A stretch of DNA of 64,000 nucleotides from an uncultured bacterium (lineage in GTDB: Bacteria; JAUVQV01; CAWCAY01), in NCBI GenBank assembly GCA_963793725.1, contig CAWCAY010000003.1, positions 778,496 through 842,495 of the forward strand, given 5' to 3'. Of this stretch, positions 48,359 through 58,175 are shown in pieces (within the stretch, counting starts at the first letter, position 1; the number at the start of each line of letters is the position of its first letter). Under the pieces are notes generated by a model. That model was not told where the DNA came from, did no database searches, and worked only from the letters and a program-made list of their open reading frames with translations. The position numbers and the translations under genes were made by a program.

Positions 48359-50371
48359 ATGTGTGGAGTCTTCGGACTGATCGCCAACGCGCCAGCGCAG
48401 TTGCCAGCGGCAACGCTGCAGGCTTTGGCACGCCGTCTGTTCAAGCAATCGGAGACACGTGGTAAGGATGCGGCGGGGGTCGTCGCCGTCAACGAAGCGG
48501 AAATTCTGATTTACAAGGAAGCACGGCGCGCCAGCATGATGCTCAAGAGCAGGCCCTTCGCCGAACTGCTGGCTGATGCAGGTCGGTATTATCAGGATGG
48601 GCAGGCCTTCGTTATCGCGGGTCATACCCGTATGGTCACCAACGGCTCGGAGGGGAATGAGGGGAACAATCAGCCGGTGATCAAGGGTGACTTGGTCCTA
48701 TTACATAACGGCATCATAGTCAATGATCTCGCCCTCTGGCGGCAACACCCGGAATTGAGCCGCACATATGAGGTGGATACCGAGGTATTCGCTGCCTTGG
48801 TTGGGTCGGCAATAGCGGCCGGCGAGTCACTGGATGCCGCCATGCGGAAAGCCTTTGGCGAAACCAGAGGAGCCAACACCATCGCTGCTATTCATGCTGC
48901 TTGTGAATCGATGGTGCTAGGTTCAACCAATGGCTCTCTGTATTTCTTCACCGCACCTGTTCTCGGCGTGAGTCTCTTTGCCTCGGAGGAATTTATCCTC
49001 CGCCAAGTTCTGGAGGCGCTGGCAATGAAGTTGCCAAGCGATGTGCCTCCGATCATTCAGGTCAATCCGTATACCTTGCTGGCCCTCTCGCTTCGCAATG
49101 GCGGCGCACGACTGTTGTCGGTTGGCGATGAGTTGGCTGCGCCGTCGAACACGATCGTCGTCAGGCCTCCGCGGCAGATTCGCCAACTATACGCGGAACG
49201 GCCGGTGGCCATGCGCCGGTCACCGGCGGTGAACCTGCCTGTCAGTGAGATCGAACGACACATGCTGTTCGACCAGAAAGCGATTGCTGCCTTGCGGCGC
49301 TGCAGTCGGTGCCTGCTACCCGAAACCTTTCCGTTCATCGAATACGATGCCGCCGGGGTTTGCCAGTTTTGCCGCCACCACCGGCCGACGCCTTTGCGCG
49401 GCGCGGCGGCGCTGCAGAAACTGGCCGATCTGGTGCGCCGCGCGGACGGCAAGCCCGACTGTCTGGTGCCGATTAGCGGTGGCCGCGACAGTTCATATGG
49501 GCTGCACTATGTCAAGAAGGAGTTGGGCCTCAATCCGGTTGCCTACACATATGACTGGGGTTTCGTTACCGATCTGGCACGCCGAAATATCTCGCGCATG
49601 TGCGGCGAATTGAACGTCGAGCACGTTTTGGTCGCTGCGGACATCCGGCAGAAACGCGAAAACGTGCGCAAGAACGTCTGTGCATGGCTGGCCAAGCCGA
49701 ACTTGAGCATGATTCCCCTGTTTATGGCCGGCGACAAGGCCTACTTCTACTACGCCAGCATGGTCAAGCAGCAAATGAACCTCGGACCTATCCTCTTTTG
49801 CATGAACTGGTTGGAGAAGACCGGCTTCAAGACCGGTTTTGCCGGGGTAAACGATACCGCCAGCCATGAGAAGACCTATGGTCTAACTAGGCTCAATCAA
49901 CTCAGGCTATTCGCCAATTATGGGCTCAACTTCCTGACTAATCCGCGCTATATCAACAGCAGCATCCCCGACACTCTGTTCGGCTTCCTCTCTTACTACC
50001 TGCAAGGCAAGGACTACTATTCGATCTTTGACTTTCTTGCTTGGGATCAGGCCAAGATTGAACGATGCATCATGGATGGCTACGACTGGGAGACTTCGCC
50101 GGACACAACATCCACTTGGCGCATCGGCGACGGCACTGCACCTTTCTACAACTACATCTACCTGACTGTCGCTGGCTTCAGCGAACATGACACCTTCCGC
50201 AGCAACCAGATTCGCGAAGGCATGCTCGACAGGGAAACAGCTCTGCGCGCCATCGAGGCAGAAAATGCCCCGCGCGCAGAGTCGTTCAAGTGGTACTGCG
50301 ACACAATTGGGATTGATGCCGTGGAGACACTACAAGTGATCAATAGAATTCCTAGGCGGTACCCGAGTTAG
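48359..50371 (+). CDS. Fusion of a class II (Ntn) glutamine amidotransferase domain with an N-acetyl-sugar amidotransferase (WbuX/WbpG/PseA-like PP-loop enzyme)
   Basis: Taken from ORF 48317..50371. The start is placed at ATG 48359, so that the protein begins MCGVFGL with the nucleophile Cys2. The GATase blocks are GKDAAGVV, HTRMVTNG, NNQPV and LLHNGII. The C-terminal half begins with the zinc ribbon RCSRCLLPETFPFIEYDAAGVCQFC and carries the PP-loop VPISGGRDSS. Confidence 0.8.
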   Translation: MCGVFGLIANAPAQLPAATLQALARRLFKQSETRGKDAAGVVAVNEAEILIYKEARRASMMLKSRPFAELLADAGRYYQDGQAFVIAGHTRMVTNGSEGNEGNNQPVIKGDLVLLHNGIIVNDLALWRQHPELSRTYEVDTEVFAALVGSAIAAGESLDAAMRKAFGETRGANTIAAIHAACESMVLGSTNGSLYFFTAPVLGVSLFASEEFILRQVLEALAMKLPSDVPPIIQVNPYTLLALSLRNGGARLLSVGDELAAPSNTIVVRPPRQIRQLYAERPVAMRRSPAVNLPVSEIERHMLFDQKAIAALRRCSRCLLPETFPFIEYDAAGVCQFCRHHRPTPLRGAAALQKLADLVRRADGKPDCLVPISGGRDSSYGLHYVKKELGLNPVAYTYDWGFVTDLARRNISRMCGELNVEHVLVAADIRQKRENVRKNVCAWLAKPNLSMIPLFMAGDKAYFYYASMVKQQMNLGPILFCMNWLEKTGFKTGFAGVNDTASHEKTYGLTRLNQLRLFANYGLNFLTNPRYINSSIPDTLFGFLSYYLQGKDYYSIFDFLAWDQAKIERCIMDGYDWETSPDTTSTWRIGDGTAPFYNYIYLTVAGFSEHDTFRSNQIREGMLDRETALRAIEAENAPRAESFKWYCDTIGIDAVETLQVINRIPRRYPS

Positions 50372-50386
50372 TCAGTCGGCTTCCGC

Positions 50387-50779
50387 ATGTTCACACTCTT
50401 GTCGGATAGCCTCCGCAAGCACTTGGTGCCAATCAAGTACTTGCTTGGAAGTGTTCTTGTCTACACATTCATATTGTCGGCCGTTTACATCTTGGTTGAC
50501 TTGATTGGAGTGGATGAGGTCCCCGCCTATTTGACGGTGTATTTGACCGCCTACATACTTGAGTACACGATAACTCTTGTACTTGTTTTCAATGAAAGGC
50601 ATCGGTGGGGAAAAGTGTTGAAGTACATCGTGTATCTTGCAGCTTTCCTGGGGCTGAGCACAATGCTGTTCAAGCTGCAAATCTCACTCGGCATTCACTA
50701 TCTGATAGCCACCATGGCGATCGCGATACTGCTGATGCCGGTGCGCTATGTTATCAATAGGTACTGGGTCTACCGTTAA
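50387..50779 (+). CDS. GtrA-like small polytopic membrane protein
   Basis: 130-aa ORF with four hydrophobic segments. YLLGSVLVYTFILSAVYILVDLIG and the C-terminal VRYVINRYWVY match the typical GtrA-family ending. Confidence 0.7.
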   Translation: MFTLLSDSLRKHLVPIKYLLGSVLVYTFILSAVYILVDLIGVDEVPAYLTVYLTAYILEYTITLVLVFNERHRWGKVLKYIVYLAAFLGLSTMLFKLQISLGIHYLIATMAIAILLMPVRYVINRYWVYR

Positions 50780-52791
50780 TGAATAGGTCAACTGCAAACC
50801 GCTTGGAAGAAGACGTCATGCATGTTCTCATGTTGACGTTGTCCCTATTTGCGCTGTGGACCGCGGCGCTCCAGTTAAGCACATTTACTGGAGTCTCTTG
50901 GACGGCTTTGAACCGGGCGATAGGCTGGTTGTTCTTGCCGGCGTTTGTACTGACATACCTGTATACCAGTCGGTTGGCGAAGTACTATGCAGATCATCTG
51001 CCAGACCGATTGGATGGGAAGAATCCACTCGAAGTCCGATACTTGTGGGCGACGTTTCTCGTCTTTCTGGTTTCCTGCCTTGTGTTATCAGGGTTTTCAG
51101 GGCGATACGCATTGTTGATGCTGTGCCTTGTGGCGATGATCGTGTCTTCCTGTCGTATGCCGAAAGCAAGAATCGGTGTGTCTGCACAAACACAACGGGC
51201 TCAACCAGTACCGCCGGCTATAGCATACGTCTGCCTTATCGGAATTGCGGGTCTAACGATGCTTCTTGTACTTAGCGTCAATCGGCCAGATTTCGATGAT
51301 GCCGAGTATATTCAGTTTGCTCTACAGACGCTGCAACATCCCGAAAGGGCGCCAAACACCTTTGATGCGTCGCTAGGCATTGTCTTGGAGCAATTCCGCT
51401 TTGCACCCTATCGCATCACATCATACGAGACATGCGTTGCGCTGATCAGCCAATGGACTGGTTTGAACGTAATGGATGTCTACTACCTGCTTGTTCCTGC
51501 CATATCAGCGGGTCTGTCCATTCTGGTTGCCTTTGTGTTCATACGTTGGTTTCTGCCTTCTGGCTGGAGTCTGCTGGCCGTATGCTTCTTCTTGTTGATT
51601 TCATTGGCATGGGGGGAGACTCATTTTGCCTATGGAAATCGCATGTACGTCCGCTTGTTTCAAGGGAAGGGATTGTTGGTTGCGATTACCACTCCTATCA
51701 CAGTGATAGTGGCCCTGTTGTGGATGAGGAAACAGAACATTCGTGTGTGGATGGGTATTCTCATTATGCAAGTAGTTGCTGTCGGCGTATCTTCTTCTGG
51801 ATTGGTCATCACTATATTGTCGACAACGGTTGGTTTGCTCGCAGGATTGATGGCACAGCCAAGTTGGAGGAATCTGCGGATTGCGGTAATTGGCGCAACT
51901 TCGCTCATTTACCCTATTGCATTGGGGCTATGGATTAAATTCGCGAGTAGTGCTTCTGGAAAGGTTGAGGGAATTGGGAGCTATCTGCCTGTAGACGCAT
52001 CACTTGGAGGTTCCTCGCGCGAGGCCCTGGTATTGGCCATCATGGCGGCTATCGTATTGCATGGGTTCGGAACAAAGGACTTATGGCTTCGAGCAAGCAG
52101 CGATGGCATAGCTGAAGTATCTAAGAGAACTTTCTTATGGTTGATTGTTGCTGTTATCATCCTGGTCTTTAACCCGGTCCTGATCAACTACCTGACTGTG
52201 GTTACGTCCAAGAATATGAACTGGCGTCTTGCCTGGGCTGCTCCTCTACCGCTGATTCTGGCAACTTGTGTGGTCTATCTGCTCTATGATGCACTTGAGA
52301 ACATGAAGGGAAACACGCGAACGGTCGCATTACTCTTCCCCATCTGCTGGATTGTTGCGTTCATTACTGTTAATCCGTGGACTCTGGCAAGAGGAAATCA
52401 GGTTCAATGGGGATGGCTTGATCACAAAGTACCTCCTGAATACTATCAAGCAGTTGAACTGGCACGGGATATAAGGCGACAGGCAATAGGAGGACATGAA
52501 ATCACTGTATTGGTTGAGCCGAGATTGGGAACGTGGCTGACGGTTGTCGCCCCCGATTTCAAGCTTGTTATGCCAGGTCAAGGATACTTGCCAACCTTGG
52601 AGACTATTATGGATAAGAAAGATTTTGAGCAGCGAAGCCGACTTGTAAACAGCATAGACCTGATTGCTGCAGGGGATTCTTCAATGAACAAGTTGCTTGA
52701 TTCCTACGAAGTTAATGTAATCGCAGTTAAGAGGCAAACGATAGATCAAGTAACAAGCTACCGCATTCAAATGCGCACAATTGAGAAGTAG
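50779..52791 (+). CDS. Large polytopic membrane protein, GT-C-like glycosyltransferase candidate (unassigned family)
   Basis: 670-aa ORF. The ATG overlaps the gtrA-like stop (TAATG). RPDFDDAEYIQFAL in the first predicted external loop is a DxD/E-type motif. There are more than 12 TM segments and a C-terminal soluble domain of about 150 aa. Confidence 0.55.
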   Translation: MNRSTANRLEEDVMHVLMLTLSLFALWTAALQLSTFTGVSWTALNRAIGWLFLPAFVLTYLYTSRLAKYYADHLPDRLDGKNPLEVRYLWATFLVFLVSCLVLSGFSGRYALLMLCLVAMIVSSCRMPKARIGVSAQTQRAQPVPPAIAYVCLIGIAGLTMLLVLSVNRPDFDDAEYIQFALQTLQHPERAPNTFDASLGIVLEQFRFAPYRITSYETCVALISQWTGLNVMDVYYLLVPAISAGLSILVAFVFIRWFLPSGWSLLAVCFFLLISLAWGETHFAYGNRMYVRLFQGKGLLVAITTPITVIVALLWMRKQNIRVWMGILIMQVVAVGVSSSGLVITILSTTVGLLAGLMAQPSWRNLRIAVIGATSLIYPIALGLWIKFASSASGKVEGIGSYLPVDASLGGSSREALVLAIMAAIVLHGFGTKDLWLRASSDGIAEVSKRTFLWLIVAVIILVFNPVLINYLTVVTSKNMNWRLAWAAPLPLILATCVVYLLYDALENMKGNTRTVALLFPICWIVAFITVNPWTLARGNQVQWGWLDHKVPPEYYQAVELARDIRRQAIGGHEITVLVEPRLGTWLTVVAPDFKLVMPGQGYLPTLETIMDKKDFEQRSRLVNSIDLIAAGDSSMNKLLDSYEVNVIAVKRQTIDQVTSYRIQMRTIEK

Positions 52792-52810
52792 TCCCCGGAG
52801 AACTCTGCGC

Positions 52811-52930
52811 ATCACTTATGAAGTCCGCCGACCAGACCTGGTTCTGGCCCTGTGGCCCCAACTGGGGTTGTTTCACCCGTTGCGGTCGCCGCCGCCGCTT
52901 GGCACGCCGCTTCTGGTTGAGCCCGGTCCA
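52811..52930 (-). mobile_element. Remnant of IS3-family OrfB (region just before and at the start of the integrase core)
   Basis: The minus-strand translation from ORF 52727..53002 is GLNQKRRAKRRRRPQRVKQPQLGPQGQNQVWSADFISD. This resembles the ..GL.V..K.RKRRR......P.RPNQVWS.DF.. block of IS3/IS407-type transposases. It is truncated on both sides. Confidence 0.5.
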
Positions 52931-53108
52931 TTCTGTGATTGCCATTTGCCAGAATGCTAGTATGCTGTCTTCCGATGAGACGACAGGCAGCCATTCTCCC
53001 AACCCGCCGCTCAGGAAGCATTGCAGATGCGAACCTTCTCGGGCGATAGTGGAATACTAGCCCTTCTTCTTCGAAAGCGATGATGTCCTACTATCCTTCT
53101 TTAGGTCC

Positions 53109-54575
53109 ATGTATCACACACCCAACCTTACATTGAAGCAGATGCTCTCGAGGATCTCGGGCCACATTTCCTCAGCGGTTCATAGACATGTTTCCTTCAT
53201 ATCTGTGTGGGACAAGTACCCTTCTTGTATTCCATTCATATTCTCGCTCGGTTGCATGGTCATCTACTCCGCACTTAATGCTCATGTCGGCTTCAGAGGC
53301 GATGCATATGAAATCTGGAATGTATCTAAACACATTTACCAAGCTGGTCGCGACGCTTCATTTGTCGAATACCGCGGGCCATTCACGTTTGTCCTATACA
53401 ATCTCCTTTTCTCACTGTCAAGAATGCTAGGCATAGGCGAAGTAGTCTTTTTCAGACTCTACAGCTCTTTCCTATTTGCCTTCCTGACAGCCCTTGTATT
53501 TCCCTATCTCCTCTCCTACATTCTTAATCGAAAGATTTGTCCCGGGGAAACAGTGGTCTTCTCTATGACGGTGTTCTACCTGTATCGCGGGTACTTCCTT
53601 CACCCGCAGACCGATGTTCTCGCCTTTGCTTTTCTCCTTGTCTCCATAGATGTTCTCATCTTATACCTGAATTCGCCACAGTGTTCCTGCTTATATTTGA
53701 GTGGTGCCGGAACGTTGCTCGCTTGCAGCATTATGATGAGGTCTACCTATGTATTCTCAGTGCCATTACTTGCGGCTTTCTTTTTCTTGACGCTATTTGC
53801 ACGGCAATTTAGGGTATCTCAGGTGTGGCGGTCCCTCTCATGCTTTCTGCTTCCTTGTGTGCTGCTTGTCAGCGTCAATCTCATCTGTACAAACAATTCC
53901 TCCGTGTACAAGCTTGGATATACATCTCACAATTCCTACGTGCTAAGGCAGGTACTGAAGTGCGGTTTGTTTATCCAAAAGATCGAATGGAATGCCGGGG
54001 ACAATAATTACCCGGGACCGATGATTCTTCCAGAAAGGAGAGGAATTGAGATTCTTCAGCGTGAGGGTTATGAGCCGGTTGCGTCTCCTGAGGGAATCTC
54101 CATCGGGCAGTATCTAGATTTGTGGCGCAAGTATCCTGTCGACTTGTTCTTCATAGTAGCCCAGCGACTATTTTGCGGTTTGGATATTACGTTTAACTCT
54201 GTCTTTGTCATGAACTTCTCAGCTCCTAGGATTTTCTTCTCTCTAGTGAACTACTTCTTGGTGTTTCTTACAATAGTGGTAGCCAGCACTAGATTTCCAA
54301 TCCCGAGCCATCGCAATGGATATGTCTCCATTCTTCTTCTTGCCATGTCGATCCCGGGTCTTGTGGTATCGCTGTTCATAGTAGAGGTGCGATACTACAT
54401 CTCGATTACCATGACTTGCATAGCCATGGGAGTCTTCTCTTTTCAAGAAGGCATGAGGATCATCAGGGACAACCGGTTATACGTGTACTGTGTTCTATTC
54501 ATTGTCTTGTGTTTTCTTAATTCGGTTAGCATCTTCAATTCTGCTGAACGCATCTTTCCACTTACGATATGGTGA
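53109..54575 (+). CDS. Polytopic membrane protein of unknown function (candidate GT-C glycosyltransferase or polymerase)
   Basis: 488-aa ORF in one of the lowest-GC stretches of the window. There are about 11 hydrophobic segments, and GDAYEIW follows the first helix. No confident family call. Confidence 0.45.
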   Translation: MYHTPNLTLKQMLSRISGHISSAVHRHVSFISVWDKYPSCIPFIFSLGCMVIYSALNAHVGFRGDAYEIWNVSKHIYQAGRDASFVEYRGPFTFVLYNLLFSLSRMLGIGEVVFFRLYSSFLFAFLTALVFPYLLSYILNRKICPGETVVFSMTVFYLYRGYFLHPQTDVLAFAFLLVSIDVLILYLNSPQCSCLYLSGAGTLLACSIMMRSTYVFSVPLLAAFFFLTLFARQFRVSQVWRSLSCFLLPCVLLVSVNLICTNNSSVYKLGYTSHNSYVLRQVLKCGLFIQKIEWNAGDNNYPGPMILPERRGIEILQREGYEPVASPEGISIGQYLDLWRKYPVDLFFIVAQRLFCGLDITFNSVFVMNFSAPRIFFSLVNYFLVFLTIVVASTRFPIPSHRNGYVSILLLAMSIPGLVVSLFIVEVRYYISITMTCIAMGVFSFQEGMRIIRDNRLYVYCVLFIVLCFLNSVSIFNSAERIFPLTIW

Positions 54576-54870
54576 CTGAAAAGTGGCCCCCATGTGTTGT
54601 ACAGCCAGGCGCCCCGAATAAGGTGAAATCCATGTGGTTCTCAGGCCGACAGATGGCCTTCCAAGGTATCCCATTGTCCGGCCATCGAATATTGCCCTTG
54701 ATCTCCGCCTTGACATGCAATTCATCATGGTCATATAATTCGGAGAGATTGCGCTTAGGAGCTGCCGGGCGCTTCCGCCGCCAGGGAGTGGATGAAAGGC
54801 TTATGAATTCAAGTACAGGGAGCAACTGCAGTATCAATGAACATTTCCCAGACTGACCGCTCGGGAGGTT

Positions 54871-55822
54871 GTGGTGGACATTTCTGAGGTTTTCATTCAT
54901 CCACAAGCGATTTGCGAGAGTTCGTCGATAGGGGCAGGAACAAGAGTCTGGGCCTTTGCACACATCTTGCCAACTGCCGTTATCGGATCCAACTGTAACA
55001 TATGCGACCATACATACATCGAAAGTGACGTCATTATCGGCGACAACGTGACGATCAAGTGCGGTGTCCAAATATGGGATGGGATTCGGATCGAAGACAA
55101 TGTTTTTGTCGGCCCGAATGTGACCTTCACAAACGATAAGTATCCACGGAGCAAAGTCTATCCTGAACAGTTTCTTACGACGATCGTACGCAAAGGGGCG
55201 TCAATCGGCGCTAACGCCACCATCCTTCCAGGCATCAGCATTGGTGCGAATGCCATGATTGGCGCCGGCTCCGTGGTCACCAAGTCAGTACCCTGAAAAT
55301 GCGCTTGTTGTCGGAAATCCAGCGCGTATGGTAGGTTATGTCGGCACGAAGAAATGGGAGAGTGCGATATCCGTAGAACCATCGCCTTCTCCTACAATTG
55401 AATCCAGTCAAGTGAGGGGAGTAACTCTGCATCGTCTTTCGCTCGTGGAAGACATGAGAGGCAACCTCATTGTGGCGGAGTTCGAACGACAAGTCCCTTT
55501 CTTGCCCAAGCGCTACTTCATGGTCTTTAGCGTCCCGTCATCGGAAGTCCGCGGTGAGCATGCGCATCTCAGTTGCCATCAGTTCCTCATCTGCATCAAC
55601 GGATTCTGTGCGGTAGTCGCGGATGACGGCAAGAATCGGCAGGAATTCCATTTAGATGGTCTATTGACGGGCCTTTATCTTCCGCCGATGACCTGGGCGG
55701 TTCAGTATAAATACTCCCCCGACGCCATTCTGCTTGTCTTCGCGTCCGATTATTACGACCCCAACGACTACATCCGAAGCTACGATCGATTTCTTTCATT
55801 GACCAATGGCGCCCAGAAATAG
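54871..55822 (+). CDS. WxcM-like bifunctional protein: left-handed beta-helix N-acetyltransferase (FdtC/QdtC-like) plus FdtA/QdtA-like 3,4-ketoisomerase cupin. It is split by a 1-nt frame disruption at ccc 55291-55293
   Basis: ORF 54871..55296 has GTG preceded by gggagg and hexapeptide repeats: [72 protein letters not shown] 55259..55822 continues [16 protein letters not shown], which is the end of the LbH domain. The isomerase block follows: [31 protein letters not shown]. Confidence 0.8.
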
Positions 55823-58175
55823 CCGTCTACGAGACTTCCTCTCAGCCTCGAAACCCACCTGCACTAGAATCCTGGCAAGCGATCTTTTCGCGCTCTGTTG
55901 TGTCCTCTTCCCCGTACTCTTGGCGCTCTTCTACCACTTCATATTCGGCAAGGGACTGTACATGTATGGAGACATAGGCGCCGATACTGCTTTCTCCTAT
56001 TGGCCCAATCTGGTTCACATCAACCGGCGAGTTCATGCAGGAGATTTCTCGTTTTGGTCACCGCAGATCGGGTTGGGAGGAGACGTTCTTTCCGCTTCAT
56101 ATTTTCTTCTCGATCCATTCAACTGGATTCTCTTCGTACTCCCCGCAGCCATGCTTGCCACGATGTTGGTTTGGGTCACGATTATCAAGCTCATCGGATG
56201 TGCAGTTGTTGGATATTTCCTTGCCAAGCGATTTGAATGTGGCCGATTCCCGAGCATCCTTTGCGCTTTATCCCTCGCTCTTAATGGCTACACGCTAGTC
56301 AATGGCCAGCACTACTTCTTTCTAACTGGCTACTTCCTTACGTTGCTCCTTCTTCTGGCGTTTGAGACTTGCCTTCAGGATTCCAGGATGCTGCCATTGA
56401 CTGTAGTTGTAGCCGTCTTTGTGATTTCCTCTTTCTACTTCTTCTATATGGCTGTAATCTACTTGTTGGTGTATTTCACAGTTCGCATTCTGTTCTCAGT
56501 ACTTCCTTTGTCGAGAATTGCCAAGCAGATTCCAATTCTCCTGTTCGGCGGGCTCTCGGGACTCGGCCTCTCTTCATTTATTTTGATTCCGATTCTTAGA
56601 GTCTTCAGCACTAGCCCTCGAATCGGCATGATTGACTGGATGGGAAGACTGGAGCCGATGAACGCTCAATTGCTTTGGAGTTGCATATTGCGCTTGATCT
56701 CGCCGAGCTCCTTGGGGATCGGTTCAAAATACTCCGGGGCACTCAACTACTATGAAGCGCCCACTCTATTTGTTGCATTGCCTATTGCAGTCTTCGCCCT
56801 CATAGCGATAGCGCGAGCGGTTCGCTTGCGGCCAATAGTCACCTTGACGGTCTTGTCCGTCCTGATGTCCTTGCTCTATTGCCAGTTCTTCTCGATCGCC
56901 ATGAACGCATTTCAGTATCGCATGTATAGGTGGACTCACGTTCTTGCCGTTTCATTCTCGTTGCTTGCTGCTGCGGGCCTTAGAGATCTTGAAGCAACCT
57001 GTCTTTCAAAGTCGGAGAAGCGGCGTTATACAACGTTATCTCTCATGATCGCATTGGGCTTGGCCAGTATTGCCATCTTCTCAAAGCATCTCCCCGTACG
57101 CATTCTTGAATTTCGAGAACTCTGGGCAGGCAGTGCGATTTGTGTTCTTATCGCTCTAGTGTTTTGGATTCGCTCCGATGTGTTCCGATACACGCTGATC
57201 TTGGCGTTGTTCTTGGTTAGCGTTGTTCCCGGCCTCTATAAGGCAACCAACAGAAAGGCATTCCTGCTGAAGAACAACCCCCGTTTTTCGCTCAACTCTG
57301 ACGATCCGGCCAAGTACGTGAAGGCAAACTTCTCCGGTTACTACCGTATACACTCGGGCGAGTTTGCCTCTTACACCGAATCCCTCGAGTTAGACTATCT
57401 CGGGCTTCCCCTATACTCCTCATTGTCGGAACCCGGATACGTTGCATTCACAAATAAGTTTGACCTCGGATTTACCCGCGGATGGATCAATCTCATTCCA
57501 GGCCCTCCAGAGAGCCGCCCTACGCTCTTGTGGCTCCTTGGCGTTCGATATTTCTATCGAACAACGGATTCTCCTCCACCCGAGAATTTCTCCCTCATTG
57601 AGGACAGGAAGGGTTCCCGCATTTTCGTCAACTCCTGGCCAACATCTCTCGCGTATGCGTATGGCGAGATACGGAGCCAAGAAGAGTTCATGAAATTGTA
57701 CAAACGTCACGGGGACAATGCGTTCCTCATGGCAGCGTCCGTCGATGACACGGAGTTTCTCGCGCGGCGAGAATCAGCTACTCAGAACACCGCCGTCCCG
57801 GAGGAGGCGGCACCGGCTAAGAGGGAGATTCCGCCGCCCATCGAGGTTCTCCAATACAGGGATGGCCGCATGATTCTCAGGTATGACAATTCCTCCAAGT
57901 CCAAGGTGTTTGGACTTGTATCGATTCCCTACAGCAAAGGATGGAGCGCCACATTGAACGGCAAGGTGCGTCCAATTTGCAGAGCGGACTTTGGACTGGT
58001 CGGGTTCGCATTGGAACCCGGCATCAATGATGTGGTACTAACATATCGACCCGTTGGCCTCAAGACCGGGATCCGTCTGACGCTCTTCACGATCCTTGTG
58101 ATTGTGGTAATCCATTTCCCGAAAACACAAAGGACGAGTCGCCCGGATCATCGTCCACCATCCGTGTTGCGGTGA
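55806..58175 (+). CDS. YfhO-like large polytopic membrane protein (GT-C glycosyltransferase candidate)
   Basis: 789-aa ORF. The N-terminal block reads [43 protein letters not shown]. There are more than 12 TM segments, a C-terminal soluble domain and a final TM helix, which matches YfhO architecture. Confidence 0.6.
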   Translation: MAPRNSRLRDFLSASKPTCTRILASDLFALCCVLFPVLLALFYHFIFGKGLYMYGDIGADTAFSYWPNLVHINRRVHAGDFSFWSPQIGLGGDVLSASYFLLDPFNWILFVLPAAMLATMLVWVTIIKLIGCAVVGYFLAKRFECGRFPSILCALSLALNGYTLVNGQHYFFLTGYFLTLLLLLAFETCLQDSRMLPLTVVVAVFVISSFYFFYMAVIYLLVYFTVRILFSVLPLSRIAKQIPILLFGGLSGLGLSSFILIPILRVFSTSPRIGMIDWMGRLEPMNAQLLWSCILRLISPSSLGIGSKYSGALNYYEAPTLFVALPIAVFALIAIARAVRLRPIVTLTVLSVLMSLLYCQFFSIAMNAFQYRMYRWTHVLAVSFSLLAAAGLRDLEATCLSKSEKRRYTTLSLMIALGLASIAIFSKHLPVRILEFRELWAGSAICVLIALVFWIRSDVFRYTLILALFLVSVVPGLYKATNRKAFLLKNNPRFSLNSDDPAKYVKANFSGYYRIHSGEFASYTESLELDYLGLPLYSSLSEPGYVAFTNKFDLGFTRGWINLIPGPPESRPTLLWLLGVRYFYRTTDSPPPENFSLIEDRKGSRIFVNSWPTSLAYAYGEIRSQEEFMKLYKRHGDNAFLMAASVDDTEFLARRESATQNTAVPEEAAPAKREIPPPIEVLQYRDGRMILRYDNSSKSKVFGLVSIPYSKGWSATLNGKVRPICRADFGLVGFALEPGINDVVLTYRPVGLKTGIRLTLFTILVIVVIHFPKTQRTSRPDHRPPSVLR

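Noticed and set aside
54562-55071. 169-aa minus-strand ORF overlapping the start of the WxcM-like gene
   Set aside because: Its 5' two-thirds are antisense to the well-supported hexapeptide-repeat gene. Only the 3' part (about 54600-54700, intergenic) might be a decayed transposase fragment, so it is mentioned only as a weak possibility.
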